A stretch of 24,535 nt of DNA. Source: an uncultured archaeon (GTDB lineage Archaea > Asgardarchaeota > Heimdallarchaeia > Heimdallarchaeales > Heimdallarchaeaceae). Below, piece by piece: positions 8,337 through 18,000 of the stretch (positions are counted from its first letter, which is position 1; each line of letters opens with the position of its first letter). The translations under genes were made by a program, and so were the position numbers. The notes below the pieces were generated by a model. That model did not search any database. It was given only the letters and a program-made list of their open reading frames with translations, and was not told the origin of the DNA. The DNA lies in assembly GCA_964534625.1 (NCBI GenBank), contig CAZHRF010000023.1, positions 1 to 24,535 of the forward strand, written 5' to 3'.

Positions 8337-8786
8337 ATGTATATGTACAGAATGTTAGAGAATTTAAAACCAGGTTCTATTGAGCACCAGATATTAAGAC
8401 AATTTCTTTTTATTGAAAATTCTATACGACCAGGTAAAATAGCTAAATCTTTATCTAGACGTCGAAGTACGATTAATAGTGCTTTAGAGAGAATGGAACA
8501 AGATAATTTAGTAGAATGGAAAAAGTATGGTGCAGTAAAATTACTTAGAAAAGGTAGACGAATTTTAAAACACTTAGAAAATCATCTCCATTTAATTGAG
8601 ATTTATTTGGGAAAGACATTAGATTTGACAACAGAAGAGGCTCAGAAACAAGCATTATCGTTAGCCCCTCATTTCAGTTGTGATCTTATTAAGAAGATAT
8701 ATGAGCGATACGATGAGCCATGCAATTGCCCTAATCATACCCGATCAATTTATAGCCCGGATAGTTTTAGCGAGGAAAAAACCTAA
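8337..8786 (+). CDS. DtxR/MntR-family metal-dependent transcriptional regulator
   Basis: wHTH RPGKIAKSLSRRRSTINSALERMEQDNLVEWKKYGAVKLLRKG; dimerisation helix HLHLIEIYL..TL; P.xCP end motif; located in a metal ABC locus. Confidence 0.88.
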   Translation: MYMYRMLENLKPGSIEHQILRQFLFIENSIRPGKIAKSLSRRRSTINSALERMEQDNLVEWKKYGAVKLLRKGRRILKHLENHLHLIEIYLGKTLDLTTEEAQKQALSLAPHFSCDLIKKIYERYDEPCNCPNHTRSIYSPDSFSEEKT

Positions 8787-8805
8787 TATATAAAAAGTGA
8801 TTATT

Positions 8806-9798
8806 ATGGTAACTATTATTGACTTTTTCAAAGCTCTATCTAGATCTCATGTATATAGACCGCTTATTACAGCCATGATCATAGGCGTTGTATGTTCATT
8901 AATTGGCATTTTTATGGTCTTAAGAAAGTTAGTTTTTCTCGGGAATGGTATTGCGCACTCAGCCTTTGCGGGAGGTGCATTGGGTATCTTGTTAGGGATT
9001 AATCCGCTTATTACAATAGGTATTTTTGCAATTTTAAGTGCTATGGGGATAGGGTTTGTTAGGGAGAAAACAGAGTTGAGTAACGAAACAGCTATTGGGA
9101 TCTTATTTTCTCTTACCATGGCACTAGGGATCATTTTCATCAGTTTATTTAGAACCTATAATACTGCAATTAGTTCTCTATTATTTGGTAGTTTGGCTTC
9201 AATTGGTGCTGTTGAAGTAAGAATTATAATTGTTTTTGGAACCGTGGTGCTGTTAACGCTATTTTTTGTGAGAAAAGAATTATACTTTACTACATTTGAT
9301 GAAGAATTAGCTAAAGCCAATGGGATTCCACTTTCCTTCATTAATTACATTTTTTTGCTTCTTGTGGCTTTAAATGTCGTAATGTGCATAACTACTGTCG
9401 GAGTAATACTTGTTATGGCTTTCGTTGTTACTCCAGCAGCTATAGCAAACCAATTTACCTATAAATTAAATGTGATGATCCTATTATCTGTCATTGTTTC
9501 AATGATTGGAACATTTTTAGGCTATATGTTAGCCTTTATTTTGAATATTTCTGGAAGTGCTACTATTGTTGTCTTGCTCACGATAATGTTTGCTATTTCC
9601 ATGGCCATATCTCCAAAAAGAAAAGGAAAAAAATCTGAGATTGATGATACATTGTGCAATATATGCGAAAAAGTGGTTGAGGGGGTTGAATGTCGCTATT
9701 GTATTCCTGATGAAACACTAGCATGTTTAGATGAAAATGGACATGATCATGAGATTAATGAAAGAAACAATATAAAAGGGGATGAACATAATGAATGA
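8806..9798 (+). CDS. znuB: Zn/Mn ABC transporter permease (ZnuB, ABC-3 family) with a Cys/His-rich C-terminal extension
   Basis: GIFMVLRKLVFLGNGIAHSAFAG, LLFGSL, TFDEELAKANGI, VGVILVMAFVVTPAA; multiple TM helices. Start is ATG 8806 or GTG 8797. Confidence 0.93.
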   Translation: MVTIIDFFKALSRSHVYRPLITAMIIGVVCSLIGIFMVLRKLVFLGNGIAHSAFAGGALGILLGINPLITIGIFAILSAMGIGFVREKTELSNETAIGILFSLTMALGIIFISLFRTYNTAISSLLFGSLASIGAVEVRIIIVFGTVVLLTLFFVRKELYFTTFDEELAKANGIPLSFINYIFLLLVALNVVMCITTVGVILVMAFVVTPAAIANQFTYKLNVMILLSVIVSMIGTFLGYMLAFILNISGSATIVVLLTIMFAISMAISPKRKGKKSEIDDTLCNICEKVVEGVECRYCIPDETLACLDENGHDHEINERNNIKGDEHNE

Positions 9799-10609
9799 TA
9801 AAGGCAACCCCATTATTGAATTACAAGATGTCGACGTTGTTTTAGGTCAAAAAAAAGTTCTTCAGAATATTAATTTAGATGTTTTTGCAGGTGAATATAT
9901 TGGTTTAATTGGAAGAAATGGTTCAGGTAAAACTACACTAATGAAAACCATTTTGGGATTATATGAACCTGATGGCGGAAAAGTAAAAGTATTCGGTAAA
10001 CCTATTTCTTCGAAAACATATAATTATATAGGATATATGCCCCAAATGAAACGTATTTCACACGCTTTCCCCGCGACAGTAAAAGATGTGGTTGGAATGG
10101 GACTCTATAAAGAACGATTGTTTAATCCGTTTATTGAATCACCTATTAATAAGATTAAAAATAAATTAAAGGCTATTTTACCCCAGTATCCTTTACTGCA
10201 GAAATTAATCAAAGAACCACATAAATTGGAAGTAGAGGATGATTACACAGATAGAATAATGTATGCTCTTCATAAAGTAAACATGGAAAAATATGTCAAC
10301 CGTCCAATAGGTCATCTGTCTGGGGGAGAACAGCAAAAAGTTCTCGTGGCTCAAGCTTTAGTCACAGAACCAAAGATATTATTACTTGATGAGCCAACTA
10401 GTTCACTTGATTTTGTTATGGTTAAAGATTTCCTTAAATTGTTGACTAAGTTGAATAACGACTATGGAATAACATTAATGGTAATTCAACATAATCTTGA
10501 AATGCTTCAGCCATTTTGTAGCAGATTAATAATGCTAAGAGGTACAATCATGTATGACGGACCGCCAAATATTCCCAAAGCGTCAGAAATGATACAAAAA
10601 GTGTTTTAA
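9782..10609 (+). CDS. znuC: Zn/Mn ABC transporter ATP-binding protein
   Basis: Walker A GRNGSGKTT, Q-loop GYMPQ, signature LSGGEQQ, Walker B LLLDEP, H-switch IQHN. Overlaps the permease stop; start may be 9791. Confidence 0.95.
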   Translation: MNIMNDKGNPIIELQDVDVVLGQKKVLQNINLDVFAGEYIGLIGRNGSGKTTLMKTILGLYEPDGGKVKVFGKPISSKTYNYIGYMPQMKRISHAFPATVKDVVGMGLYKERLFNPFIESPINKIKNKLKAILPQYPLLQKLIKEPHKLEVEDDYTDRIMYALHKVNMEKYVNRPIGHLSGGEQQKVLVAQALVTEPKILLLDEPTSSLDFVMVKDFLKLLTKLNNDYGITLMVIQHNLEMLQPFCSRLIMLRGTIMYDGPPNIPKASEMIQKVF

Positions 10610-10810
10610 AAAATAATAGGATAAGTAAAGGTGATTTTTAGATAGAATTACTATACATTAGTACTTCCGAAATAGTGTGTAAGCATATCTAAATGTATGC
10701 CAAGTACCATTTAGCTCTATTTTTAACCCGTCTTAGTTGGTTTTATTTCTTAATTCGGAAGTACTGATACATACAAAAATATTTTTTAACGAATGCATTT
10801 AAAGTGAGGT

Positions 10811-11761
10811 ATGGATTGGTCGTATTTATCAGAATTGGGTATTAGAGTGGGAACTATATATGGCGGGATATTGTTAGGTTTCCTTCTTCAACAAGTTAAA
10901 TCTTCAAACGAGATTAAAAAATGGTTTACATTTGTAGGTGTGAATATTTTTACTCCACTATTGTTAGTCTTTACTATGTTGGGAATTGATGATGCTCAAA
11001 TAGCTTGGGGATATATTATTTTAGTAGTGGTCTTCAGCAGTTTGATTTCTCTATTAATTGATTTTATTTTTATTCACAACAAAGAAGATATGAGTATGCA
11101 AGAAAAAGGAGCAGAATTATCAGCTGTATCTTTTAGTAACGCATTATTTTATCCTTTTCCAATAATTTTAGCTTTAGTAGGTGAAAATGGACTGTTAGCT
11201 GCAAGTATATTTTTGATACTCAATACTGTTTTACGAAATACTTTGGGCGTGTACATAGGTTTGTTCTATGGAACTAAAACTGATAAATCTATTTTTAAAA
11301 TTCTTCTAGGAATGATTCTTTTTCCCCCAACATTGGGTATGATTCTTGGTATAATCTTACGACTTAGTATAGGTAAAATCCAAACTGCTGACGTCATGGC
11401 ATTAAATATTTTTAGAGATATTACTATGATCCTTATGTTGGCACTAGTGGGGTTGAGTTTTAATATACCTAAAAAAGAGGAATGGAAAAAAGTAGCAATA
11501 GGTAGGGGGATAACCAGTCGTTTTGGAGGAGGAGCACTTATCGCTTCTCTAACATTGATACTCCCTCTCCCAAGTACAGCAAAGATGGCTCTTTTTATAC
11601 AAAGTATAGCGCCACCTGCAGTAAACAATGCTGCTTATGCGGAATATTTTGGACTTGATACAGAAATAACCAGTAGATATATTACCTTACTAACATTAAT
11701 CGCATTGCTGTTCTTACCTCTTGAGGTGGCATTTTTATTGTGGATACAACCTAGTTTATGA
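10811..11761 (+). CDS. AEC (auxin efflux carrier / malate permease-like) family transporter
   Basis: About 10 TM helices with two-repeat organisation; SFSNALFYPFPII and QSIAPPAVN crossover-type motifs; GTGAGGT SD-like sequence before the ATG. Confidence 0.8.
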   Translation: MDWSYLSELGIRVGTIYGGILLGFLLQQVKSSNEIKKWFTFVGVNIFTPLLLVFTMLGIDDAQIAWGYIILVVVFSSLISLLIDFIFIHNKEDMSMQEKGAELSAVSFSNALFYPFPIILALVGENGLLAASIFLILNTVLRNTLGVYIGLFYGTKTDKSIFKILLGMILFPPTLGMILGIILRLSIGKIQTADVMALNIFRDITMILMLALVGLSFNIPKKEEWKKVAIGRGITSRFGGGALIASLTLILPLPSTAKMALFIQSIAPPAVNNAAYAEYFGLDTEITSRYITLLTLIALLFLPLEVAFLLWIQPSL

Positions 11762-12059
11762 TCTATATCTGTAAAAGGTAACAAAGTGGAAGTCAAACTT
11801 TTACTCCTATTTTTATTTGATACTTTTTCCATCATGCTGAAAGAACGATAGTCTCATATGTTATCTAGATAAGCTGTTTTAATTGCATTAGATTATCCTT
11901 TCACGCGTTAATTGCCTATATTGCAATGTGTATTTTTTTTTAACAAAAATCAACAAATATTAGAGTTTTAAAGGTGAACTCCATACGATAAACTTTATTA
12001 AAACTACTAACTTCATTGAAAATGACTAATTTCAGAAGGATTTGTGAGTTGAATATACT

Positions 12060-13802
12060 GTGAAGAAAGATATAGTAACTAGATTTATAGGAAGTGCGGG
12101 TGATGGCCTTGCATCAATAGGTCTCTTATATGGTAAAATTCTCAAAAAACATAAATTAACAGTAAGAGGATTTCGTTCTTATCAATCAGTAATTAGAGGT
12201 GGATACAACAATTTCCAGATTCGTTGCTCCTCTAATAATTTTGTTGATACTATAGGCGAAGATGCTGATATTATTGTTCTTTTTAATGAGCATGTAGCCA
12301 AGCTACATAAACCACTTGTTAATTCTGGTGCGCGGATTATTTATGATAATGAAGAAATAGATTTGGATCAACTTGGGTACCCTAAAGATATTATCAAATA
12401 TGGTCTTCCCCTTGCTTCTATTGCTAAAGAGATAACAAAAATCAAAGTAATTAAGAATACTGTAGCATTTGGAGTGCTTACCCATTTGCTAGGGCTTGAT
12501 TATGAATGGGTTAAAGAAGTGTATCAAGAACAATTTGGTAAAAAAGGTAATGAAGTCATGCTGATGAATTATCAAGCATTAGACCGAGGAATAGATTATG
12601 CCAAAGAGCAAGGATGGGAAAAAATGTGGGATATTGCGGTTGAAAGAACTAACTGTATGATATTAACAGGTAATGAAGCCATATCATTAGGTATGTTATC
12701 AGCAGGATTAAGATTTTATTCAGGATATCCTATGACCCCGGCGAGTAGCATAATCGATTATCTTACCAAACACTTACCTAAGCTAAAGATTGTTGTAAAG
12801 CAGACAGAAGACGAGATAGCGGCATGCGGAATAGCTATTGGAGCATCATATTGTGGAGCACGATCAGCAACAGGTACATCCGGAGGTGGATTTGCGCTCA
12901 TGACAGAATTAGTGGGTATGGCAGCAATGCAAGAGATACCTTTGACCATTATTAATTCAATGCGAGCTGGACCTAGTACGGGAATGGCAACAAAAACAGA
13001 ACAAGCAGATCTTTGGCAAGCATATGGGGCGTCTCAAGGAGATTTTCCAAAGATAATTATTGCGCCTAACGATATTCCAGACGCATTTGATGTAGGACAA
13101 GAAGCGTTGCTCCTTGCTGAAAAATATCAAATGGTGGTTATTGTCCTTATGGACTTATATTTATCTGAATCTTATGCAACAATTAAAGAACTCGATATGA
13201 AAAAGAAAAACGGGAGATATCACATTATCACAGAAGTACCAGATGATTTTAAACGATATGAAATAACCGAGAGCGGAATAAGTCCGAGACCTTTACCAGG
13301 TACAAAAAATGGTATGCACTTTACAGGTTCTTCTGAACACAAAGAAAATGGAACTTCGATAGCTTCGACATTGGCAGGATTACCTGACACGTTACCAATT
13401 AGAGAAGCTATGGTGAGAAAAAGAGATAAAAAATTAGATGTAGCGCGAGAAGAATTGCCTCCACCAAAAATAGATGGACCGAAAGAAGCGGATATAACTA
13501 TTGTTTCTTGGGGTTCCACCAAGGGGATTATAAAAGAAACTATGCGTAGATTAGAAAAAGAAGAGGGAATTATAGCCAATAATTTGCACATTAGATATAT
13601 AAGTCCTTTTCATACTGAAGAAATTAAAGAAATCTTATCAAGTGCAAAAAAACTAATTGTTATCGAACAGAATTATTCAGGACAATTAAAGGATCTCATT
13701 TGTATGAAGACAGCGATAGATATCAAGCATAAGTTCAATAAATTTAATGGGGAGTTAATGCAATCGAGTGAGCTTATTGCAAAGATAAAGGAGGTATTAT
13801 AA
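12060..13802 (+). CDS. korA: 2-oxoacid:ferredoxin oxidoreductase alpha subunit (gamma-alpha fusion)
   Basis: GSAGDG, SYQSVIRGG, TGNEA, GYPMTPAS, QTEDEIAA, TSGGGFALM, RAGPSTG.ATK.EQAD, VSWGST, IEQNYSGQL. GTG start. Substrate not determinable. Confidence 0.95.
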   Translation: MKKDIVTRFIGSAGDGLASIGLLYGKILKKHKLTVRGFRSYQSVIRGGYNNFQIRCSSNNFVDTIGEDADIIVLFNEHVAKLHKPLVNSGARIIYDNEEIDLDQLGYPKDIIKYGLPLASIAKEITKIKVIKNTVAFGVLTHLLGLDYEWVKEVYQEQFGKKGNEVMLMNYQALDRGIDYAKEQGWEKMWDIAVERTNCMILTGNEAISLGMLSAGLRFYSGYPMTPASSIIDYLTKHLPKLKIVVKQTEDEIAACGIAIGASYCGARSATGTSGGGFALMTELVGMAAMQEIPLTIINSMRAGPSTGMATKTEQADLWQAYGASQGDFPKIIIAPNDIPDAFDVGQEALLLAEKYQMVVIVLMDLYLSESYATIKELDMKKKNGRYHIITEVPDDFKRYEITESGISPRPLPGTKNGMHFTGSSEHKENGTSIASTLAGLPDTLPIREAMVRKRDKKLDVAREELPPPKIDGPKEADITIVSWGSTKGIIKETMRRLEKEEGIIANNLHIRYISPFHTEEIKEILSSAKKLIVIEQNYSGQLKDLICMKTAIDIKHKFNKFNGELMQSSELIAKIKEVL

Positions 13803-14701
13803 TGAACGAACAAGAAGAGAATAGTTATTCAATAAAAGATTTGGAAACAAACTTTAAACCCACATGGTGCCCAGGTTGTGGGAATTTTAGCCAATGGCGA
13901 GCTATACGTCAAGCAGTCGTTAAACTAGATATACCGCCAGAAAAAGTAGCTATAGTATCGGGTATAGGTTGTTCTTCACATATACCAAACTTTGTCAATT
14001 TCTATAGCTTACAAGCTGTGCATGGAAGAGCTATCCCGGTAGCAACAGGAATAAGATTAGCTAACCCTAAGCTCACAGTCATGGTCTATGGTGGAGACGG
14101 AGATATATATGGAATTGGAGGAAATCATTTCTTACATGCATGTAGGAGAAATGTCGATATTATTAGTATCGTAAGTAATAACTATGTTTATGGCTTAACA
14201 ACAGGACAAGCTAGTCCTACTACGTTAGTAGGAACAAAAACAAAGACAACTCCACGAGGATCAATTGAAAACCCACTTAATCCTGTATCAGTTGCCATAG
14301 CGGCAGGAGCTACTTTTGTAGCGAGAGCGTTTTCAGGAGATCTAAAACAGTTAACTGATATTCTTACACAAGCTATTAAGCATAAAGGATTTGCATTTAT
14401 TGATATACTCAGCCCATGTATAACGTTTAATCAGCAACAGACGTATTTCTACTTCAGAGATAGAGTGTTCAAGATTGAAGATACAGAGCATGATATTGAA
14501 GATATGCACGCGGCAATGGATTTGGCTAACTTAAGAAAAATAACCCATGGTAAAATACCTATAGGGGTATTTTATGAGCAAAAGAACAAAACAACGTATG
14601 AAGAAAGAGACTTTACGTTAAACCAAGGAATAATACCAGCAAGAAAACCATTAGAACTAGATGAAGAACTCATAAATGCTATAACTGAAGAGTTTTATTA
14701 A
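13802..14701 (+). CDS. korB: 2-oxoacid:ferredoxin oxidoreductase beta subunit (TPP-binding)
   Basis: WCPGCG, SGIGCSS, HGRAIP, GGDGD...NN TPP motif, YGLTTGQASPT, SPC.TFN. TAATG stop/start overlap with the alpha gene; GGAGG upstream. Confidence 0.96.
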   Translation: MNEQEENSYSIKDLETNFKPTWCPGCGNFSQWRAIRQAVVKLDIPPEKVAIVSGIGCSSHIPNFVNFYSLQAVHGRAIPVATGIRLANPKLTVMVYGGDGDIYGIGGNHFLHACRRNVDIISIVSNNYVYGLTTGQASPTTLVGTKTKTTPRGSIENPLNPVSVAIAAGATFVARAFSGDLKQLTDILTQAIKHKGFAFIDILSPCITFNQQQTYFYFRDRVFKIEDTEHDIEDMHAAMDLANLRKITHGKIPIGVFYEQKNKTTYEERDFTLNQGIIPARKPLELDEELINAITEEFY

Positions 14702-14756
14702 GAGACGAAGAAAGAATCTGTTCTGTTCTCTCTTTCTACTTTTACATTTTTTATTG
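14702..14756 (+). terminator. Pyrimidine/T-rich terminator-like tract after korB
   Basis: TCTGTTCTGTTCTCTCTTTCTACTTTTACATTTTTT follows the stop. Confidence 0.4.
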
Positions 14757-15012
14757 CAAATAAACTAAACCAAAACAATGCAAGAGTATAGAAGAGCAAT
14801 AAAATAGCCCAAAAATATATTAAAAAAATGAATCTAGGAAATAAACATTTGTTATGTTAAAGTTAACTGATGTTTTTCTTATTTAGGAAAAATAATTAGT
14901 AGTTGGTCTTAAAGCAGATTTAGTACTAAAAAAGGTTTTTTTTCTAACAAATCGATTCAATAACTATCAAATTAGCTTACCTACCGACAAAATTAGACAA
15001 AGATTTATATTT

Positions 15013-18000
15013 TTGAAAAGATACGCTAAATTGATGAGTGTTAATAGAAGAATTAAACAGATAAGGCACCTTTGGGTACTATTTTATACGATTTTGATAA
15101 TCGTTAACCTATCATCCCCTACTGCTTATAGTGTATATTCAGCAAGTAGAGCGTATGCAGAAGATGGTAATATAAATAATAGAAGATTCAATAATCGTAA
15201 AACAAACACAAAAAATGACCAAGACTCCGATTATGAAAATGAAGATCACATAGCGGTTAAACAAGAAATAAGAGAAAGTGAAGAACCTACCCCATATACT
15301 GAAATTTCGTCTATTGAAGGTTCAAGTAATAATCTTACTGCTAATGACACTTTGGATTTGAGACATAGTTTTGATTTAAATTTAACTGATACTGGAGTAA
15401 AAGATGAAATAGAAAATACATATAATATACAAGACATTTCTAATTATGTAAATAGTTCCCTAGAATATGATATAAAATCAATCACGTCAATAGCAGATAA
15501 TTATACAATTGAACTCGAAGAAAGTGATGAATTACACTTTTTAACACTTGAAAACTCAACATCTAGTTCTTATTTAGCAATTGCCCAAGCTTTTGAAGTT
15601 AAATGGGATTATGCTCTTTTTTATGGTGCTCATCTATTTCTAGCCTATGATGCAGGTACCCATATTTCACTTCGTCAACAAGAACTAGATTTATTCCTTG
15701 TTAATTCAACCACTGAAGGAAAACCCAATGTTGATAATATTTTATCTAATGCTACAAATAATCCATTTAATCAAGATAGTTCATATGATGTTGGGCTTAA
15801 TTATTTTGACTTTCAGAATGTCAAATTAACATCTGGTAAATATTTTATTGTGGCAAATTTATCTAAGCCTGATGATGAAGCAAATCGACATTTTACTTGG
15901 TATTATAATGAAGGAGCAACAACTGGGGCAGAAACATATTTGATTTTTAGAGATTTTTATCCTCAATGGACTTCGTCTCAACCTTACGACATGGTAATGT
16001 CAACTTTTCTCTTACCTTGTGACGTTAATGAAGATCCAATATCATTTACTGATCTTGAAAGTATTAACCTTAAAGATAATGGTATATCAATAGGCACTAC
16101 TTCAGATACAATATTGACCATGGGAGATCATATTCTATCATCAAATACATCGGTTCAAATAACATTCAATAATTCTTATGTTTTTAAACGAACATTTGAA
16201 GAAGAAAATATTACAAGTAATTATCAAGTTTCAAGCTCTTCATTTTGGGAGTATGAAGTTCAATGGACAATAAATTGGACTTCAGATGCTATAGATATTA
16301 CCCCCTACTCTAATTTAGATAGAGCAATACGAATCTTTGCTCCAACTGATTGGAGTAACACCTACACTTTCTATGATGATACTACGACAATATCTGGAAC
16401 TAAAGATGACGAAGGTTATCTGTTTAGTTTAGGTGATGATAATGGTGCTGGTATCTGGAAATTAGAAACTACTAGTCCTAATTATCTTTACTCGTCAATT
16501 TTTCTCAATGAGAGTCTAGATGAGACCGATCGTTACTTTTTAGGCTACTGGACAACAGATGGTGACTTTGCTTATGGTCATAATGGTTCTTCTATTTTTA
16601 CTCAAGTTGAAATTAAAAATAATGGAGATAGCACTCCTGAAGCTGAATTATCGGGGGCATTAAACTTCACTATCTTTGATCCTGATGGACAAATTATTCC
16701 TCAAAAAACTGATTTATCTTCTGAATTGGTTTATGTAGATAATACTACCTACTCTTTAGGGGGTATAGTTAACCAATCCGCAGGTTATTATGAAACTGAT
16801 ATAACTTTTGATCCTTCTGCGTATGGAAGTGATCCTGCTGGTAAATGGACTGCTTCTGTTTTGTGGCAGAATGGTACACAAGTAGGATTTTATTCCCAGA
16901 CAATTGTTGTTCAAACGCAAACCACTTTTACTGCAGAGTGGGAAGAAACACCTGATTCAGATACTTGGACAACAAGTAATATTGCACGTAAAAATGGAGA
17001 TACACTTAGAATTAATGCAACATATTATAATATCAGTGAACCTTTCTTTGATGGCTATGGAAACGAAATTCCTGTTGCTGATGTTTCTTATTCGACAAGT
17101 TGGACAGAAACAGGATCATTTAACGATTTTCAACCTATCTATAACAAAACATTAACAATTGACCAACCCACAGGAGACTATATCATTGATATGGTAGCAA
17201 CAGGTGCTTTTCTTGAGAACCATACAGCTAGTTTTGGATTGTCTGTGTTCTTCGAAGCTGATATTAATCCTCTATTTACCCAGCAAGAAACCAATTTCTC
17301 TAAAAGTGCTATATTTAAGTTTGAATATAGAAACCTTACTGATCCTGAAAATCCCGCTATTCTTCCTGATGACCTTATCGTTAGACAAAACGATTCAGTT
17401 ATAGATCCTGCCTATTATACATTTGAAGATCGAGGAGATGGTACAACAGTTTTAACTATTGACACTTCAGATTCAGCTGCCTCTATGGGTGTGGGGTATT
17501 ATGATATTGAAGTTGAAGCCTCTAAAGCTAATTTCAGAGCTAGTTATACTCAACAAAATGTCATCCAGCTATTTGAACTAACTATTACTCCTATAATAAC
17601 CGACATTGTTGATTTATACGTTGATAGTAGTGTCTATACGTATTATAATGCTTCATTAAACTTCAATTACTATGACACGAATAATACAGCAAATATTTTT
17701 GGCGATAGTTATGTTGTTTATACTAATGTTTCAGAGTATGTCTATGTTTCAGTTGAAGTTAATTCCTCTGGCTATTTTGTTGAGATACAAAACAATAATA
17801 CAGAGATAGCAGCTATTGAAGTTTATGTAAATATATCTAAAACAGGATACGTGGACATTGAAGCCTATTCATTAGGTATAATTGAGGTGTTAGATAATCC
17901 CACAGAATTATTAGCTGACCCTACTAATCAAGAGTACTATTATATAGGCTATAACACTTCTTTAACTGTTATTTTCAATGATACTGAACATAACGATCTT

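Noticed and set aside
11881-11927. ATTGC-N7-GCAAT inverted repeat upstream of korA
   Set aside because: Only 5-bp arms, single copy, AT-rich background.
3708-13591. Antisense ORFs inside the 647-aa, TPR, znuB, AEC and korA genes
   Set aside because: They overlap well-supported CDSs on the opposite strand and show no motifs.
14749-14804. TTTTATTGC...GCAATAAAA inverted repeat upstream of the giant gene
   Set aside because: Low-complexity arms with a 38-nt spacer and no target-site duplication or second copy.
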